Shown: piece by piece, positions 25,859 through 39,945 of the stretch | Layout of the letters: each line of letters starts with the position of its first letter | How positions within the stretch are numbered: the first letter of the stretch is position 1 | Origin: Heterodontus francisci | Taxonomy: Eukaryota | Reading direction: 5' to 3' | Length of the DNA: 63,849 nt | Assembly: GCF_036365525.1 (NCBI RefSeq) | Contig: NW_027142279.1 | Location: forward strand, 186,152 to 250,000 | Program-made: the position numbers and the translations under genes | Notes under the pieces: model-generated | The model's input: only the letters and a program-made list of their open reading frames with translations | What the model was told of the DNA's origin: nothing | Database searches by the model: none

Positions 25859-26933
25859 CACAGTGAGAGACCCTTGTAACAAAACCTCAGAAGGCAAGGT
25901 GCAGGTCTTGCCGATATCATACTTGGACCCTGTCCTCGAAAGCGTTTGTAGATCACATCTCCTTAATTTATATATCTCCCAATTTACATTTGTGGCTCAA
26001 TGAACAAGCTCATAGAATCATAGAAATATGCAGCACAGAAGGGGAGACCATTCGGCCCGAAGGTCCTGTGCTGACTTTATGAAAGAGTTTTCCCATAGTC
26101 CAGTATATTTCCCTTCGAGTATCTATCCAATTCCCATTTTGAAAGTCACGACTGAACCAACTTCCACCACCATTTCAGATATGCCTTCCCGATCACAGTA
26201 ACTACCTCTGTGGGAGAATGTCTCTTCATCCCGCCTCTGGTCCTTTTTGTCAATTGCCTCAAAACCTGTGTCCTCTGGTTACCGACCCTTCTACCAATGG
26301 AGACAGTTTCTGATTATTAACTCGATCCAAAACCTTCATTAATTTGAACACCTCTTTTCAATCTCCCTTTAACCTTCTCTGTTTAAAGGAGAACAAGCCC
26401 AGGTTCTCCAGTCTCTACAACTATCTGAGGTCCCTCATCTCTGGTACAATTCTGGTGAATCATTTCTGCTCCCAATCTAAGGCCTCGACATCCTTCATAA
26501 AGTGTGGTACCGAGAACCGAACACAATACTCCAGCTGGGACCTTACCAGTGATTTGTAAATGTTAATCCTCACTTCCTTACTCAACTCCTCGTGAATCTT
26601 TAATCAATGATGGTGCGTTCCAGAATCATCAACTGGTCATTCCAAACATCTAGTCTCTTTTTTTAACCTAGCTCTCTCTCTATCTCACTCCTCACATTAA
26701 ACCGATAGAGTAACATTAGGGGCAGTGGTAGGCCATTCAGAGTCTGCTTTTCCAGACAGCTATCACTTGTTGATTTCCACACACACAATCGGTCATTGTT
26801 AAGAAACGGATGGCACCTGAATAGGCAATATGATTAGCGTTATCGTCAGATATTAATCTTGTAAATTTCAATCAGACTATACCATATCAGACCGTGCGGA
26901 ATGATTCTCACTGACGCCACGTTAATCAGTTAC

Positions 26934-26985
26934 CTAAAACCACGAGGTTTGTGCCATCGCCAAATGTATAGTCATTGTTTCCTGA
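26934..26985 (-). CDS. TRBJ: TRBJ SGNNDYTFGDGTNLVVL
   Basis: cacaatg-12-aacaaagct; gtaact. Confidence 0.9.
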
Positions 26986-27418
26986 CACAATGTTACACAG
27001 TTGCAACAAAGCTGGGGAATCTTTAACTCTCTACACGCCGGTTAATTAAGCGCAGTTGCATCGTTTTGTATTGGGTTGCATTTGTTACCCCGCCCTTTCC
27101 CTCTTTACCTCTTTTTGTTATTTCTTTTGTCTTTGTCTCGACCTCTCCCATCTTTGTCTCTCTAATTTTCCGTCCCCTTTTCCCTGCATTTTGCTCCCAA
27201 TCTGTCTCTCTGTAGATAAGGTTTGCCTCCCTAACCTTCCTCCATTTCCACCTCGCCATTCCCCTATGTTTAGTTGTTTTAACTGTTGCTTCGTTACTCT
27301 TTGTTTTTTTCTAAAGTTTATGGTCTCTCCCCTTTCTTCAAACTGACGGGGACAAACTGGCCGACAGTTTTAATAATTACTGAGACCACTGATATGTTTC
27401 AACAAATATCTCACTCAC

Positions 27419-27476
27419 CCAGGACTGTTAACTAAGTGCCGTCTCCAAAATATGATAGCTGGGTATTTCCTGCACC
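27419..27476 (-). pseudogene. TRBJ: TRBJ pseudogene GAGNTQLSYFGDGT*LTVL
   Basis: In-frame TAG where paralogues have Lys; cacatca-12-acgaaaaca. Confidence 0.88.
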
Positions 27477-28026
27477 CACATCATCATGTGACAACACGAA
27501 AACATTCCTCAATAGCGCCCTGCCAGTTTTCAGTGTCCATCTCATTAATATTTGATATTGCCCTTTGACTAACATGAGCTGACCATACAACAAAGTACAC
27601 GCATAAAATAACCGGGTGGGGAGGTGGGGGAGAGGGGGCCTGACCATTAAAGCCAGCAACATTCACAGTACCGTCTATCCATCCATCTGTGAATATGTTA
27701 GATGTCCACAGATACAGTGCTTATAATACTGGAAGATTTTACATGGAGTTGTTCATAATTATTAATTAACTTGTACACACAAGTTGGGGACCAGATAGCT
27801 CAGTTGGCGAACGTGCCAGTTAGAACAATGCTTACAGAACGGGTTCATTTCTCACCGTGTCTGGGGAAGGCAAGGGGAAGCCTCCTCATAGACACTGCTC
27901 CACATTCATGCTCCTCTCTCCTGCTGGAGAAAAGGAGCAGAGAGCCAGTACATCAGATGACCACCAGCCTGCACAGACAAGATGAACCCAGCATCCCTGG
28001 CTTCATTGAATGAAGGTCTAACTCAC

Positions 28027-28083
28027 CCAATACTGTTAGAGCCGAACCTTCTCCAAAATGTAAAGGCTGGTCGCTCCCGCCTG
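28027..28083 (-). CDS. TRBJ: TRBJ GGSDQPLHFGEGSALTVL
   Basis: cactatg-12-accaaaaca; gtgagt. Confidence 0.9.
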
Positions 28084-28238
28084 CACTATGCTGAACAACA
28101 TTACCAAAACACACCTTTGGATAGACCGATACACCGACAGAAAAGTAGCTACGTAGATCGATAAACATAAAGATGGATACACAGACCGATACATTGTGGA
28201 TGATGGAATAATAGATGTTTATATCGACGGTAACGTAC

Positions 28239-28288
28239 CTAAAACAGTTAACTTGGTACCAGCTCCGAAGTAGTAAATATCAGAAGAG
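28239..28288 (-). CDS. TRBJ: TRBJ SSDIYYFGAGTKLTVL
   Basis: cacaaag-12-gtcaaaacc; gtacgt. Confidence 0.9.
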
Positions 28289-29824
28289 CACAAAGCTAAA
28301 TCCCTGCGTCAAAACCTCTCACCTCTCTCTGATTCTTGTCCTGAAGGAGCCTTTCACAACTAGAAAGAACCTACAGGAGTATTGGCACAAAGGAACATAG
28401 AAATACTGTAGCTGGAGTAGGCCATTCAGCCCGTCGAGCTTGTTCTGACATTCAGTGAGGTCATGAATCATCTGTATTGTAACCCCATTAGCCTGTTTGT
28501 GTTCCAGACCCTTTTCCTAACAAGGCTCTATCATTCTCAGATTGGGAAGTGACAATTGACCCTGTGGCCTCAGCAGTTTCATAGGGGATAGAGGCCCAGA
28601 TTTCCACCACCGTTTGTTCAGTTATGTCCTTTCTGGCATCACCCCTGAACGGCCAAGCTTTGATGTTAAGCTAATGCTCCCCTCCACCCTCACCCTTGTT
28701 CTGGGCTCTGACACCCGTGTAAATTGCAGCTCTATCTACCCTATCGAATCCTCTCATTATCTTAAACACATCAGTTGGATCAATCCTCAATCTCCAATGC
28801 TCAACATCTCCAAGCAACCTGCCCCCATAATTTAATCCCGGCATCATTCTGGTAAATGAGGAAAGATCATTTGCAATCTGCCCTGGACTTTCCGCTCACG
28901 TTCCCCAGGCCGTTCAATGTGCATTCAACACCCAGTGTCCATTCACAATCAAAAAAATCCCCTTTGATACTTCTCATCCATTCAAACGCTTTAGGATAAT
29001 GGGGAATACATCAAATCATATCGAGGATTCAGCAGCGAACCAGACCATTCAGCCCACTACGTCCTAGCCGATTAAATGCTCCACATGATCCTTCTCACAC
29101 CCTCTTCATCTCACCCCATCCTTTTAAAAGGTCCTTTTATTCCTTTCTCCCCCATATGTTTATCCAGCTTCCCTCTTAAATACATCTCTGCTATTCGCCT
29201 CAGCCCACTCCCTGTGGTAGTGAGTTCCACATTCTCGCCACTCTCTGGTTGAAAAGGCTTCTCCTGAATTCCATATTTGATTTATTAGTGACTGTCTTAT
29301 ATTGATGGTCCCCTGGTTCTGGTCTCCTCAACAAGTGGAATCATCTTGCCTCTGTCATAATCATAAAGACCTCGATCAGGTTATCCCCTCTGCCTTCTCT
29401 TTTCTGGAGAAAACAGCACCAGCCTCTTCATTCTTGACCTGTAGTTATATCCTCTCAATTTTGGGAGCACACTTGTAAATATGTTTTGTTTTGCTCTATC
29501 CAGAGCCTCTGCTTTTTTAATCATATGCAGTTCATAACGGCATACTGAAGAATTGAATCTGACAGTTTTCGTTCTGTGTCTGTGTCCTCTTGTTTTGTTC
29601 TCATTTACAGCTACATTGCTGTTTGTACTGTTTATTTTAGAGACCCTCCCTTATGTCCCCACTCAAACCCCTTTCCAAATGAATTCAGCAGTTGTAGGTC
29701 TCCCTTTGTAAGCCCAAGAGTCGAAATTAATTCACCGAATTCCTAAATATTCACTCCCACAACCACCCCACGTGAATTCCCGAATTGAATCAACTTTTCC
29801 AGTGTTTGGAAGGCATTCACTCAC

Positions 29825-29874
29825 CTAAAACCACCAGTTTGGTCCCATCACCGAAATATGCTTCTCCAACGTTA
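29825..29874 (-). CDS. TRBJ: TRBJ NVGEAYFGDGTKLVVL
   Basis: cacaatg-12-cgcaaaatc; gtgagt. Confidence 0.92.
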
Positions 29875-30463
29875 CACAATGGTATGGGGCTGTCGCAAAA
29901 TCCCCCTCAAGTCTAGATTGTTCAGTCTGTTCCATTGAAGTTCGGACTGTGTCAATGGCCCGTAAAGGGTGTTGGAACAGGGGGACAGGAGGTGGCCGTT
30001 CAGCCCTTCTAGCCTGTTCCACCATTCAATTAGATCAGGGTTGATCTGAATCTTAACTCCATCATCCCACCTTGGTTCTGTAACCCTCAATACCTCTGTT
30101 TAACAAAACTCTAACAATCTTGGATTTGAACTTATCAATTGACCACCAGTCTCAACAGTATTTTATTTTGTTGTGGGGGTGCGGGGAGAGTTCCTGATAT
30201 CACCCCTGAACGGCTGGAATTTAAATTGTTCTGGACTCCCCCCAAACTGAAGAAGCAGTTTCTCTCTCTCTATCCAACACATCAAGCACCTCGATTATAT
30301 CAGCCCTTTAATGATCTAGATTCAAGGGACTGTCACCAGTCTGAGTTACCAGTCCTCAAGATTTAACCCCTTTCTGCATCTAATATCTGAACGTACTCCC
30401 CGTGATTTTTTAACCGCATATAAACCTAGATGTTAATCTGATCGGAAGAACAGAGTCCCTTAC

Positions 30464-30511
30464 CTAAAACTGTTAACTTGGTCCCGTCGCCGAAGTAAGC
30501 TATGCTTCCTG
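30464..30511 (-). CDS. TRBJ: TRBJ GSIAYFGDGTKLTVL
   Basis: cacaatg-12-tcatgaaca; gtaagg. Confidence 0.9.
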
Positions 30512-30884
30512 CACAATGGTCGAAACCAAGTCATGAACAGGCCCGGGAACTGTTCCTCTTGTAACTAAACGGGTCTGTGCCGGGCGGTTTACCGTGGAAC
30601 ACATCACCAAGCGGGTGTCCCGTTGGACTGGTCTTTGCGAACCAGAAGGAAGGGCCAGTGTCGTCCAGGGGAGAGAAACACCCCGCCAAAGTGACAAACA
30701 GACGCTTGTGGCAGGAGGAAAATTAGGCGCAATTCTCGGCGGTCATGAGACAGATCTAACCGGCTGCCTAACTCGTTAAACTGTCCGGGGAGGAGGGGGG
30801 GGGGGGGGGGTGGCGGCGCAGTAAGCTTGGAATGCACACAGCTAGACATGAAGGTAGAGAGAACAAAATACCCCTTTATCTTAC

Positions 30885-30935
30885 CTAACACCGTCAGTTT
30901 GGTGCCGGTCCCGAAATTGAGTGGTGTGCTGGTAG
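30885..30935 (-). CDS. TRBJ: TRBJ TSTPLNFGTGTKLTVL
   Basis: Weak RSS cacatca-12-gcacgaacc; gtaaga. Confidence 0.85.
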
Positions 30936-31419
30936 CACATCAGCAAATCATGTTGCACGAACCCAGTCGAAAACAGTTTGCTAAAAGTGACCTGCTCAGC
31001 GTTTAGGAAGCACTGGTCAAGACAATCAGGACGCACAAAGCAGCTTACAGCCAATGAAGCAGTTTGTTTAGGAAGTGGTCACCACAGGGAGACAGAGCAA
31101 CTGATATTGGACCAAGGAAGTCCCATCAAGCAGCAGTGAGATGAATGAGTAGATCATTGTGATGTTGGTTGAGGGATCAATATTGGTCCCCGGACACCGG
31201 GGTGGTGTTTCAGGGGTTGAAGAGTAACAAGTTTTCACACAAATAACACACAGTTATTCTCTTTTCCAGAGGAATGCTCGACGTTATAAAGCTGGACCAT
31301 TCTGAGGCATCTACAAGATTGAAAGTGCCCAGCTCCCGCCATAATCCAGAGGAGATGTTTATTCGTTTACTCTGTTGCCACTGCTCTTCTGCTGATCTTC
31401 CTCGAGGTGTGCAGAGCGA

Positions 31420-31499
31420 GGTTTTTGTACGGAGGCTGCATTGGATTCTATCACAGTGTCCCCCCTGTCCCCACGGTGATCGACACTCATACAAAAAAG
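31420..31499 (-). other. TRBD: TRBD2 segment GGGACAGGGGGGA (31459-31471) with 5' 12-RSS and 3' 23-RSS
   Basis: 5': cacggtg-12-acaaaaaag; 3': cactgtg-23-acaaaaacc; core nearly identical to mammalian TRBD1 GGGACAGGGGGC. Confidence 0.96.
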
Positions 31500-33110
31500 A
31501 ACGCGAATTTTGCAAGGCCCTGCCTCTCAAAAGACTCCCGAGGGCTTCACTTGGTGAAGTCAGTTTAGATTGAGCTGCTGAAAGTTTTTTAGTCCTTTGG
31601 ACCATAATTAAAGGCCGTTCATTCCGTCTCAAAACTGTTAGCAGGAACAGGAGGTGGCCAGTCCGCCCCTTGTCAGCCTGCTACACAGGTGCAGCAGGAG
31701 GCCATTCAGCCCCTCTAGACCTTGTTACACAGGAAGAAGAGGAGGCCCATTCAGCCCCTCTTGAGCTGCTTACACAGTAACAGGCCCATTCATCCACTCA
31801 AGCCTCCTTCCTTTCCTCTACTTCCTTCCTTCCTTCCTTCCCTTCCGTCCTTCCGTCCTTCCTCCCTTCCTTCCTTTCATGGTTTTTTTTCTTGCTTGCT
31901 TTCTCTCTTGCTTTCTCTCTCTCCATTCCATCTCCCTGTTGCACCCCTTCTCCCCTTCCCCCTCCCCCATCCCTTACCCGCTTCATGATCCGCATTCTCT
32001 CTTCTACAACGTGCAGGACCTCAGGACATACCGGCCACGGGACCTCAAACAGAAGCCACTTACTCTAGACAGTAAATCGTTCACACTGCTATCTCTTATC
32101 TTATCACTCAGAGAGACCCATGTCTGCCAAACTAGTGCAAGATTCCCAGGTGTCGTGTTGATGTGCGCGGTGCTGTTATCATTCCTGCAGATCTCATTGC
32201 ACACCAACCCCCATCGCCATGCACCTGACATGAGGGAGAAAGGAATAGAAGTTTAGATGGTCTAGTGGCGGGGGGGGGGGGGGGGGGGAGAGGAGGCTCG
32301 TGTTCAGTATCACCACTGGCTTGATGACACATTTCTGGGGGGATTTGAGCAATGTTTGAAAATGAATAATCCGCCCTCTGAGAAAATGGGTCAAAAAATG
32401 AACTCCTTCCTTAACAACACTGTGGAAATACCTAAACCACATTGAACGCAGGCGTGACGCTAGCAAAGTGATAATGTTGCTGGGCTAGTAATCCTGCAGC
32501 CCGGGTTAGTGTTCTGGTTGTGTGAATTCAAATGGCCGCAGATGGGATTTAAATTCAGCTGATTCATAAAAATCTGTCAGGGTGCCATGAAACTGTCGTC
32601 GATTGTCATAAAAACCCATCTACCATCTTATATGGGACTCCAAACCTGCAGCATGCAGTTGACTGTTAACTGCCCTCTGAAATTGCAAAGCACTCAGTTC
32701 AAGGGCAATTAGGGATGGGCAACAAATGTTGGCCTTGCCATCGGTGCCCACATCCCATGACAAGAATAAAAACATGGCCTAACAAACCACTCAGAAGGCA
32801 ATTATGGGTGGCCAATAAATGCATCCCAGCACGAATTAACAATGACGTTTCCTGTTCATTTTTGTCTGTATTTTGCTCCCCATCTGTGTCTCTCTGTATA
32901 TGGTTGCCTCCCTAGCCTTCCTCCATTCTCCACCTCGCCTTTCCTCTATGTTTAATTGTTTTAACCTTTGCTTCTTTACTGTAATGCTTACGGTTTATTT
33001 TTACAAATTTCATGTTCTCTCCCCTTTCTTCAAACGGAAGGGAGCAAACTGCCCAACAGTTTCAGTGCTGATTGAGCCCACTGATATATTTCGACCAATA
33101 TTCTACTCAC

Positions 33111-33168
33111 CCAGGACCGTTAACTTCGTGGCATCTCCAAAATATGATGGATGGTTACTTCCTGCTCC
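33111..33168 (-). pseudogene. TRBJ: TRBJ GAGSNHPSYFGDATKLTVL, probably non-functional
   Basis: FGDA instead of FGxG; nonamer deleted relative to paralogues at 27419 and 36954. Confidence 0.75.
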
Positions 33169-33689
33169 CACATCACCATGTCACAACATTCCTCAATAGC
33201 GTCCTGCTTATTTGCATTGTCCCTATCATTAATATTTGATATGGGCCTTTGAGTGACATAGGCCAAAGTAAACTCATAAACTAACCAGGGTGTTTGGCAA
33301 TTAAAACTAGCAACATTCCCAATACTGGCTCTCCATCAATGTATGGACCAGTTAGTCAGATGTCCACAGATACAGCTCTGACAATACTGGAAAATTTTAC
33401 TTGGAGTTCGTCATAATTATTAAGTAAGTTGTGCATGCAGGATGGGGACCGAATAGTTCAGTTAGCTGGATGGCTCACGTGTGATTCAGAGCAATGTCAA
33501 CAGCAGGGGTTCCGTTATCGTCTTGGTCAAACTAAAGTAATGGGAAACCGCCTTACCTACCTTTTTCCCTTGTCATTCTCATCTCTCCTGCTGGAGAAAA
33601 GGAGCAGAGAGCCATGGACGGAACATTTGCATGGCACAGGCAATATGAACCCAGCCATCCTGGCTTAATCGAATAAACATCTAACTCAC

Positions 33690-33740
33690 CCAAAACTGTT
33701 AGAGTCCAGCCTTCCCCAAAATGCTCGGCGTTCCCGCCTA
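33690..33740 (-). CDS. TRBJ: TRBJ GGNAEHFGEGWTLTVL
   Basis: cactata-12-accaaaaca; gtgagt. Confidence 0.82.
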
Positions 33741-33899
33741 CACTATACTAAACAACAGTACCAAAACACAGCGTTGGGTAGACAGGTACAGCCTCAAGCA
33801 AGTAATGTATCGATATCTAAACACATAGATGGATGCACAGATACATTGTGGATCGATCGAACAATGGATATTTGCACATTTATGTCGATGGGATATTAC

Positions 33900-33941
33900 C
33901 TAAAACTTAGATCCAGTTCCGAAGTATTAATATCAGCAGAG
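33900..33941 (-). pseudogene. TRBJ: TRBJ pseudogene (paralogue of the 28239 J with deletions)
   Basis: ..YFGTGSKF*; heptamer degraded. Confidence 0.8.
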
Positions 33942-34224
33942 CAAAAGCTAAATCCCTGAATAAAACCTCTCACCTCTCTGTGGTTCTATCCCAAGAGAGC
34001 CTTTCACAACAATGGAGAACCTACAAGTACAGGAATATTGGCTGACAGCAGCACGAGAGCATAAATTGACCGTTCAGCCCTTCGAGTGGGATCCGACATG
34101 CAAAAAGATCATGTATATCAATATCATCAAGGTGGATGGAAAGAAAGGTGCAGAGCTGAGTGGTTAAGTGCACAGCTGTCAATGGTGGATTGATGGAAAT
34201 CGGACAGTCCAGAATTTCAGGATC

Positions 34225-34410
34225 ACAAAGATCTCGGAGAGTTGTAGAGGCTGGAGGAGGTTACAGAGATAGGAGGGGTTGCAGGGGCTGGAGGAGGTTA
34301 CTGAGATAGGAAGGGATGTAGGGGCATGGAGGAGGTTATAGACATAGGGAGGGTTGTCAGGACTGGAGGTGGTTACAGACATAGAGAGGGTTGTAGGGGG
34401 CTGGAGGATG
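34225..34410. repeat. Short tandem repeat, about 40-bp unit (ggctggaggaggttacagagatagg..)
   Basis: About 4-5 imperfect copies. Confidence 0.7.
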
Positions 34411-36161
34411 TTGAGGCGCTTTTTAAAAACTCCTTCATGGGATGTGGGCGTCGCTGACAAGGCCAGCATTTGTTACCCATCCTTAGTTGCCCTTGTCAAC
34501 TGAGTGGCTATTTCAGAAAGCAGTTAAGAGTAAAGCAAAATAGTTGATAGGTAGAATGAGGTAGAAGTCGTGTTTCAGCTATACAGAGCCCTGGTTACAG
34601 CACATCTGGAGTTACTCCGAGCATTTATGGGCACCAGACATTAGGAAGGATATGTTGGTCTTGGGGGAAGTGTAGTGTAGATTAAACAGACTGATACCTG
34701 GACGCCAAGGGTTAAATTGCAAGGAAAGATTACACATTTCCTATTCTTTAAAAAAGAGAAGGTTAAAGGGTGGTTTGAGCAAAGTTTTCAAGATATTAAG
34801 GGGAATGCATGATGTAGATAGAGAGAAACGATCTCCATTGGTTGGGCAGTCTAGATCGACGGGGCAGAGTTTAAGAATTAAAGCCAGAACTTTTCAGGCG
34901 TGAAATTAGAAAACATCTTTTCACATAAAGGATGGTAGAAGTTTGGAAGTCTCTTCTGCTGGAAAAAATTGTCAATTTTAAATCTCACATTGATAGATTT
35001 TTGTTAACCACAGCTATTAAGGGATTATGGGGCAATGGGGGTATATGGAGTTAGATCACAGATCAGTCATGATCGCATTGATTGGCAGAGCAGACTCGAG
35101 GGGCCGAATGGCCTACTCCTGCTCCTGTGTACCGATGATCCTATGTTCCTGTAACTTCTATTTAAACATAGAGTCAGCATTCTGCTTCAGTTAGAGTGTC
35201 CCAAATTCTGACAACTCTGAGTGAAAAGGAATCTAGTAATTGTCCTTGTAGATCTTTTGTCAATGATTTTAAATATCTGACCTTTGTTTATTAACCCACC
35301 CACCAGAGGAAATAATTTCCCCTTCAAGTATTTGTCCAGTCGCCCTTTGAAAGTTACTATTGAGTCTGTTTCCACCACCCTTTCAGGCAGCGCATTCCAG
35401 ATAACAACAAACCCCATAATTGTTTTATTCTTCATCTCAGCCCTGTTTATTTTGTCAATTACCTCAACTCTGTGTCCTTTGTTTACCAACGCTTCGAGCA
35501 TTGGAAATTGTTTCTGAGCATGTACTGTGTCCAAAGCCTTCATTGCTTTGGACACCTCTGTCAAATCCCCCCTTAACTTTCTCTGCTCGAGTCTCTAGAC
35601 GCAACTGAAGCCCCTCATCGCTGGAACCAGTCGAATAAATCATTCGTGCAACCGCTCGTAGGCCTTGACATCCATCCGAACATGTGACACCCACAATTCT
35701 CCAGCTGGGACCAAACCAGCGATTCATCGAGGTTCAGCTTAACTCCCTTGCTCAACTCCTCGTCAATCCTTCATCAACGAAGGTGATTTCCAGCTTCCTC
35801 AACTCTTCATTCTAAATCTCTTGATCGGCACGTATTTGTCCCTGTCCCTCACTCCTATCATCAACTCGCATTACGCCGATTTAGCTACATTAGGGACTGG
35901 ATTAGGCCGTTCAACCTCTGATATCCAAGGTACTTATCACATGTCGATTTCCACATGCACAATGCGTCTCTAGTTTGTTTCAGGAAATATTCCATATGGG
36001 GCTCGGAAGTAATGCATGAAGTCTGAACACGAATACAAGGTGTATGTTTATATATAAGGTTCTCAGTTCCGCAACTAGGTTTGAATAATTTTAAACTTCA
36101 ACCAGGCAGCCCTCTGATCCCACTTTACTTTAAAGAGCTAATTCGACTCTATATCACTTAG

Positions 36162-36213
36162 CTAAAACCATGAGTTTTGAATTACCCCCAAAAGTATAAC
36201 CATCGTTGCCTGA
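36162..36213 (-). pseudogene. TRBJ: TRBJ pseudogene SGNDGYTFGGNSKLMVL
   Basis: Heptamer cgcaatg (CAC lost); donor CTAAGT; FGGN. Confidence 0.85.
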
Positions 36214-36953
36214 CGCAATGTTACACTTTTGTATCAGAACTCGCGTTTCTTTAACTCGATACACAATAGTTAATGAACATAGTTGGAACATTTTGTATTG
36301 TGTTATATTCATTATTCCACCCTATTGCTCTTTATCTTATATTCTGTTACAATTGATCTCCTCGTCTTTGTCTCTTTTTTATTGTTTTAAATCTAATTTC
36401 CCATCTCCCTCCAGTTCTGTCTGCTGTTTGCTCTCCATCTGGAGTGAAGAAGAATGGGAGATGATCTTCTGGGAAATTCTAAGATTCTGAGTGCGCTTGA
36501 CAGGTTAAATGCTGAGAGGATGTTCCCATGTAGAATTAAAGGGCGCAGTTTCAGAATGAGGGGTCGCTCATTAAGGACGGAGTGGAGGAGGAATTTCTTC
36601 TATCAGGGAGTCGTGAATCTTTGGAATTCCCTCCTCCAGAGCGCTGTGGAGACTGAGTCCGTGAATGCATTCAAGACTGAGATAGAGAGCGGAGCCAAGG
36701 ATTATGGAGAGCAGGTAGGAAAGAGGGATCGAGGCCAACATCAGATCAGCCATGATCTCTGGTTGCAAATTCCTCTCTCACCAGCCCTCCTCCAATCTCC
36801 TCCATTTAGCTATTTAAATTCTTGCTTCTTCAATGCAATGCTTACTCTTTTGCCTGTTTTCACATTCTCTCTCCTTTCTCTAAATTGAAGAGAGTAAACT
36901 AGTCGACGGTTTCAATGCTACTAAGAGACATATTTGACTAACATCTCACTTAC

Positions 36954-37011
36954 CCAGGACAGTTAATTTAGTGCCATCTCCAAAATACACAGGTTGAATA
37001 TCCCCTGCTCC
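36954..37011 (-). CDS. TRBJ: TRBJ GAGDIQPVYFGDGTKLTVL
   Basis: cacatca-12-acaaaaaca; gtaagt. Confidence 0.9.
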
Positions 37012-37355
37012 CACATCATCACCTCACATCACAAAAACATTCCCCAACTCTCTTCTGGAAGAAAGGAAACTCACTGCCCCATTCCTTAATATTTGATAGT
37101 GGCCTCTGGTTAACGCAAGCTAACCGTAAGTTAATGTAAACTGGTGGACGAACCAGGCAGTTTGCAGTTATAACTCTCAGAATTCCCAAGACTGTCTGCC
37201 CCGTCTATATGTGGACCTGTTCGTCAGTTATCCACCATGGCAATCCTGACAATAGGAGATTTTCTGCAAGTCCCTCACAATTATTCATTCAATCCTTCTT
37301 GCAAGATGTTTACAGGTGACCTTTGCTTCATTGAAAACAAAGAAACTGAACTCAC

Positions 37356-37412
37356 CCAAAATCGTCAACGTGGACCCTTCCCCAAAATGTAGCAGGTTGG
37401 TATACCCGCCCG
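37356..37412 (-). CDS. TRBJ: TRBJ GGYTNLLHFGEGSTLTIL
   Basis: cactgca-12-accaaaata; gtgagt. Confidence 0.87.
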
Positions 37413-37623
37413 CACTGCACTGAACAACAATACCAAAATACAACGATGGGTAGACTGATATATAGACAAACAAATAGATAGATAGATGGACAAACAGACA
37501 GACAGATGGATGCACAGACCAACAAATAGATAGGTGCATTTCTAGATAAAGAAATAGAAAGACTTACTGATGAAAAGAGATATTTACATATATAAATATA
37601 TACCTGTGAAAACATAATCTTAC

Positions 37624-37673
37624 CTAAAACAGTGAGTTTAGTCCCAGCTCCGAAATAATAAATCTCACCAGAG
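37624..37673 (-). CDS. TRBJ: TRBJ SGEIYYFGAGTKLTVL
   Basis: cacaatg-12-attaaaaca; gtaaga. Confidence 0.93.
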
Positions 37674-39180
37674 CACAATGATAAACTCATGTATTAAAAC
37701 ATCACCTGCCTTTGAGTCCTATCCCGAAGTAACCCCTCATTATATGGGAGAACCGACAAGTATAAGGAAAATTTGTCCATAGGAACATCGCAACTGGGGA
37801 ACAGGAGTTGACCATTCAGCCCTTCGTGCTTATTCCGACATTTAATTAGATTATTAATCATTTGTACCTTAACGCCTTCGACCTGCCTTCTTGGTTCCAT
37901 AACCTTTAGCATCTTTGCCGATCAAAAAATAATCAACCACACATTTGAAATTTTCAATTGACCCCTCAGCTTTCTGTGGGAGAGATTTCTGGATTCCACG
38001 GGGCATTTTGTAAACAAGTCCTTCTTGACATCATTCCTGAATGGTCTAGCTATCAGTTTAAGGTTTTGCTCTCTTGTTCTGGACCCATCACACCAGAGGA
38101 AATATCAGATCCTATCATTATCTTAAACACATCAATTGGATCACCCCTGAATCTCCAATTCTCAATTTACTGCAACCCTACTTTAAACAACACATCGTCA
38201 TAAATTAAATTCTTTTAATACCGGTATTATCCTGGTGAATGAGGAAAGGTCATGAGGCCCTTGACACCTCATTGTCCACTGGATATGGACAGCTCACCAG
38301 TTCGATTAGTAACTTGAAAATAGTGTGTCTCAAAATGGTTTCATCCATTGCTGCTCGAGGCCAAGAGGGAATATATAGAATTACCTAGAATTTACAACAC
38401 ACAAACAGGCCATTCAGCCCATCTGCTCCATTCCAGTGTTTGCACTCCATTGAGACTCCTCTCATCCCCTTCATTTAATCCATTTTTTTTAATCCAATCT
38501 ACTTTTTTAAACCCACTCCTTGTGGTTGTGAGTTCCACATTCGCACCACTGTCTGGGTAAAGAAATTTCTCCTGAATTCCCCATTGAATTTATTACTGAC
38601 TATCTGACATTTATGATCCCCCCGTTCTGGTCTCCCCACAAGTGGAAAAAACTTCCGTGTGTCTACCCTATCGAACCCGCTTTCAAAATCGTGCAGACCT
38701 CGACCAGGTCACCCCTCAAACTTCACTGCTCTCGAGAAAGGAGTCCCAGTCTGTCCGACATTCCCCAATAGTTACAACTTCCCAGTTTGGGCAGCACAGT
38801 TGTTAATCTGTTCTGATTTACCTTATCCAGAGCCTCTACATCATTTCTTTTATAATATGCAGACCAGAACTGCATACTGAACGATGCAATCTGACATTTT
38901 TCGTTCTATGCCTGTGTCCTCTTGTTCTTCTCTCACAAGCGCAATCATTCTATTTGTATCTACATTGCTGTTCGTTCTGTTTCTTTTAGAGACCCTCCCT
39001 TATGTATCCACTCAAACCCCTTCCCTACAGTGAAACGAATTCGACAGTTGCAGGTCTCCCTTCGTAACCTGAAGAGACGATACAAATTCACCAAATTCTT
39101 ATGGTTTCACTCCCTCGACCACCTCACGTGAATTCCCAAATTGAATCAACTTTTCCAGTATTAGGAATGCATTCACTCAC

Positions 39181-39230
39181 CTAAAACCACCAGTTTGGTC
39201 CCATCTCCGAAATATGCTTCGCTATAGGAG
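39181..39230 (-). CDS. TRBJ: TRBJ SYSEAYFGDGTKLVVL
   Basis: cacactg-12-cacaaaatc; gtgagt. Confidence 0.92.
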
Positions 39231-39897
39231 CACACTGGTATGGGGCTGTCACAAAATCCCCCTCAATGCCTCTAGATTGTTAAGTCTGTTCCATTGAAAT
39301 TTATATCATGTCAATGACCGGTGAAGGCCGTAGAAACATGGGGACAGAAGGTGGCCGTTCAGCCCCTGGAGCCTGTTCCACCATTCAGTTAGATCAGGGT
39401 TGATCTGAATCTTCACTCCATCATCCTGTCTTTGTTCTGTAACCCTCAATACTTCTGTTTTACACAGCTCTATCAATCTTGGATATGAATTTAACAATTG
39501 ACCCCCAGTCTCAACAGATTGTTTTGGGAAGATGAAGAGGGGGAGAGAGTTCCTGATTTCCACTACCCTTTGTGTGAAGAAGTGCTTCCTGATATCATCC
39601 CCGAAAGGTGATAATTTAAACTGTTCTGGGAACCTTCCCCCCCCCCCCCCACCCCCACCCTCACCAACCTGAGGAAGCAGTTTCTCTCTCTATCTATCCA
39701 ACACCTCAAACCCCTCCATTATATCAGCCCTTAATGTTCGATATTCGAGGGACTGTCAGCTTAGTCTGAGTAACCAGTCCTCATGATATAACCCCTTTAT
39801 GTATCTAATATCTGAACATTATTCCTGGTGATTTTTTAACCGCATGTAAACATAGATTCTGATGGATAGGAGGAACAGAAATACATAGTCGCCTTAC

Positions 39898-39945
39898 CCA
39901 ACACTGTCAACTTGGTCCCATCGCCGAAGTAAGCTATGTCTGTTG
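39898..39945 (-). CDS. TRBJ: TRBJ TDIAYFGDGTKLTVL
   Basis: cacgatg-12-tcatgaaca; gtaagg. Confidence 0.9.
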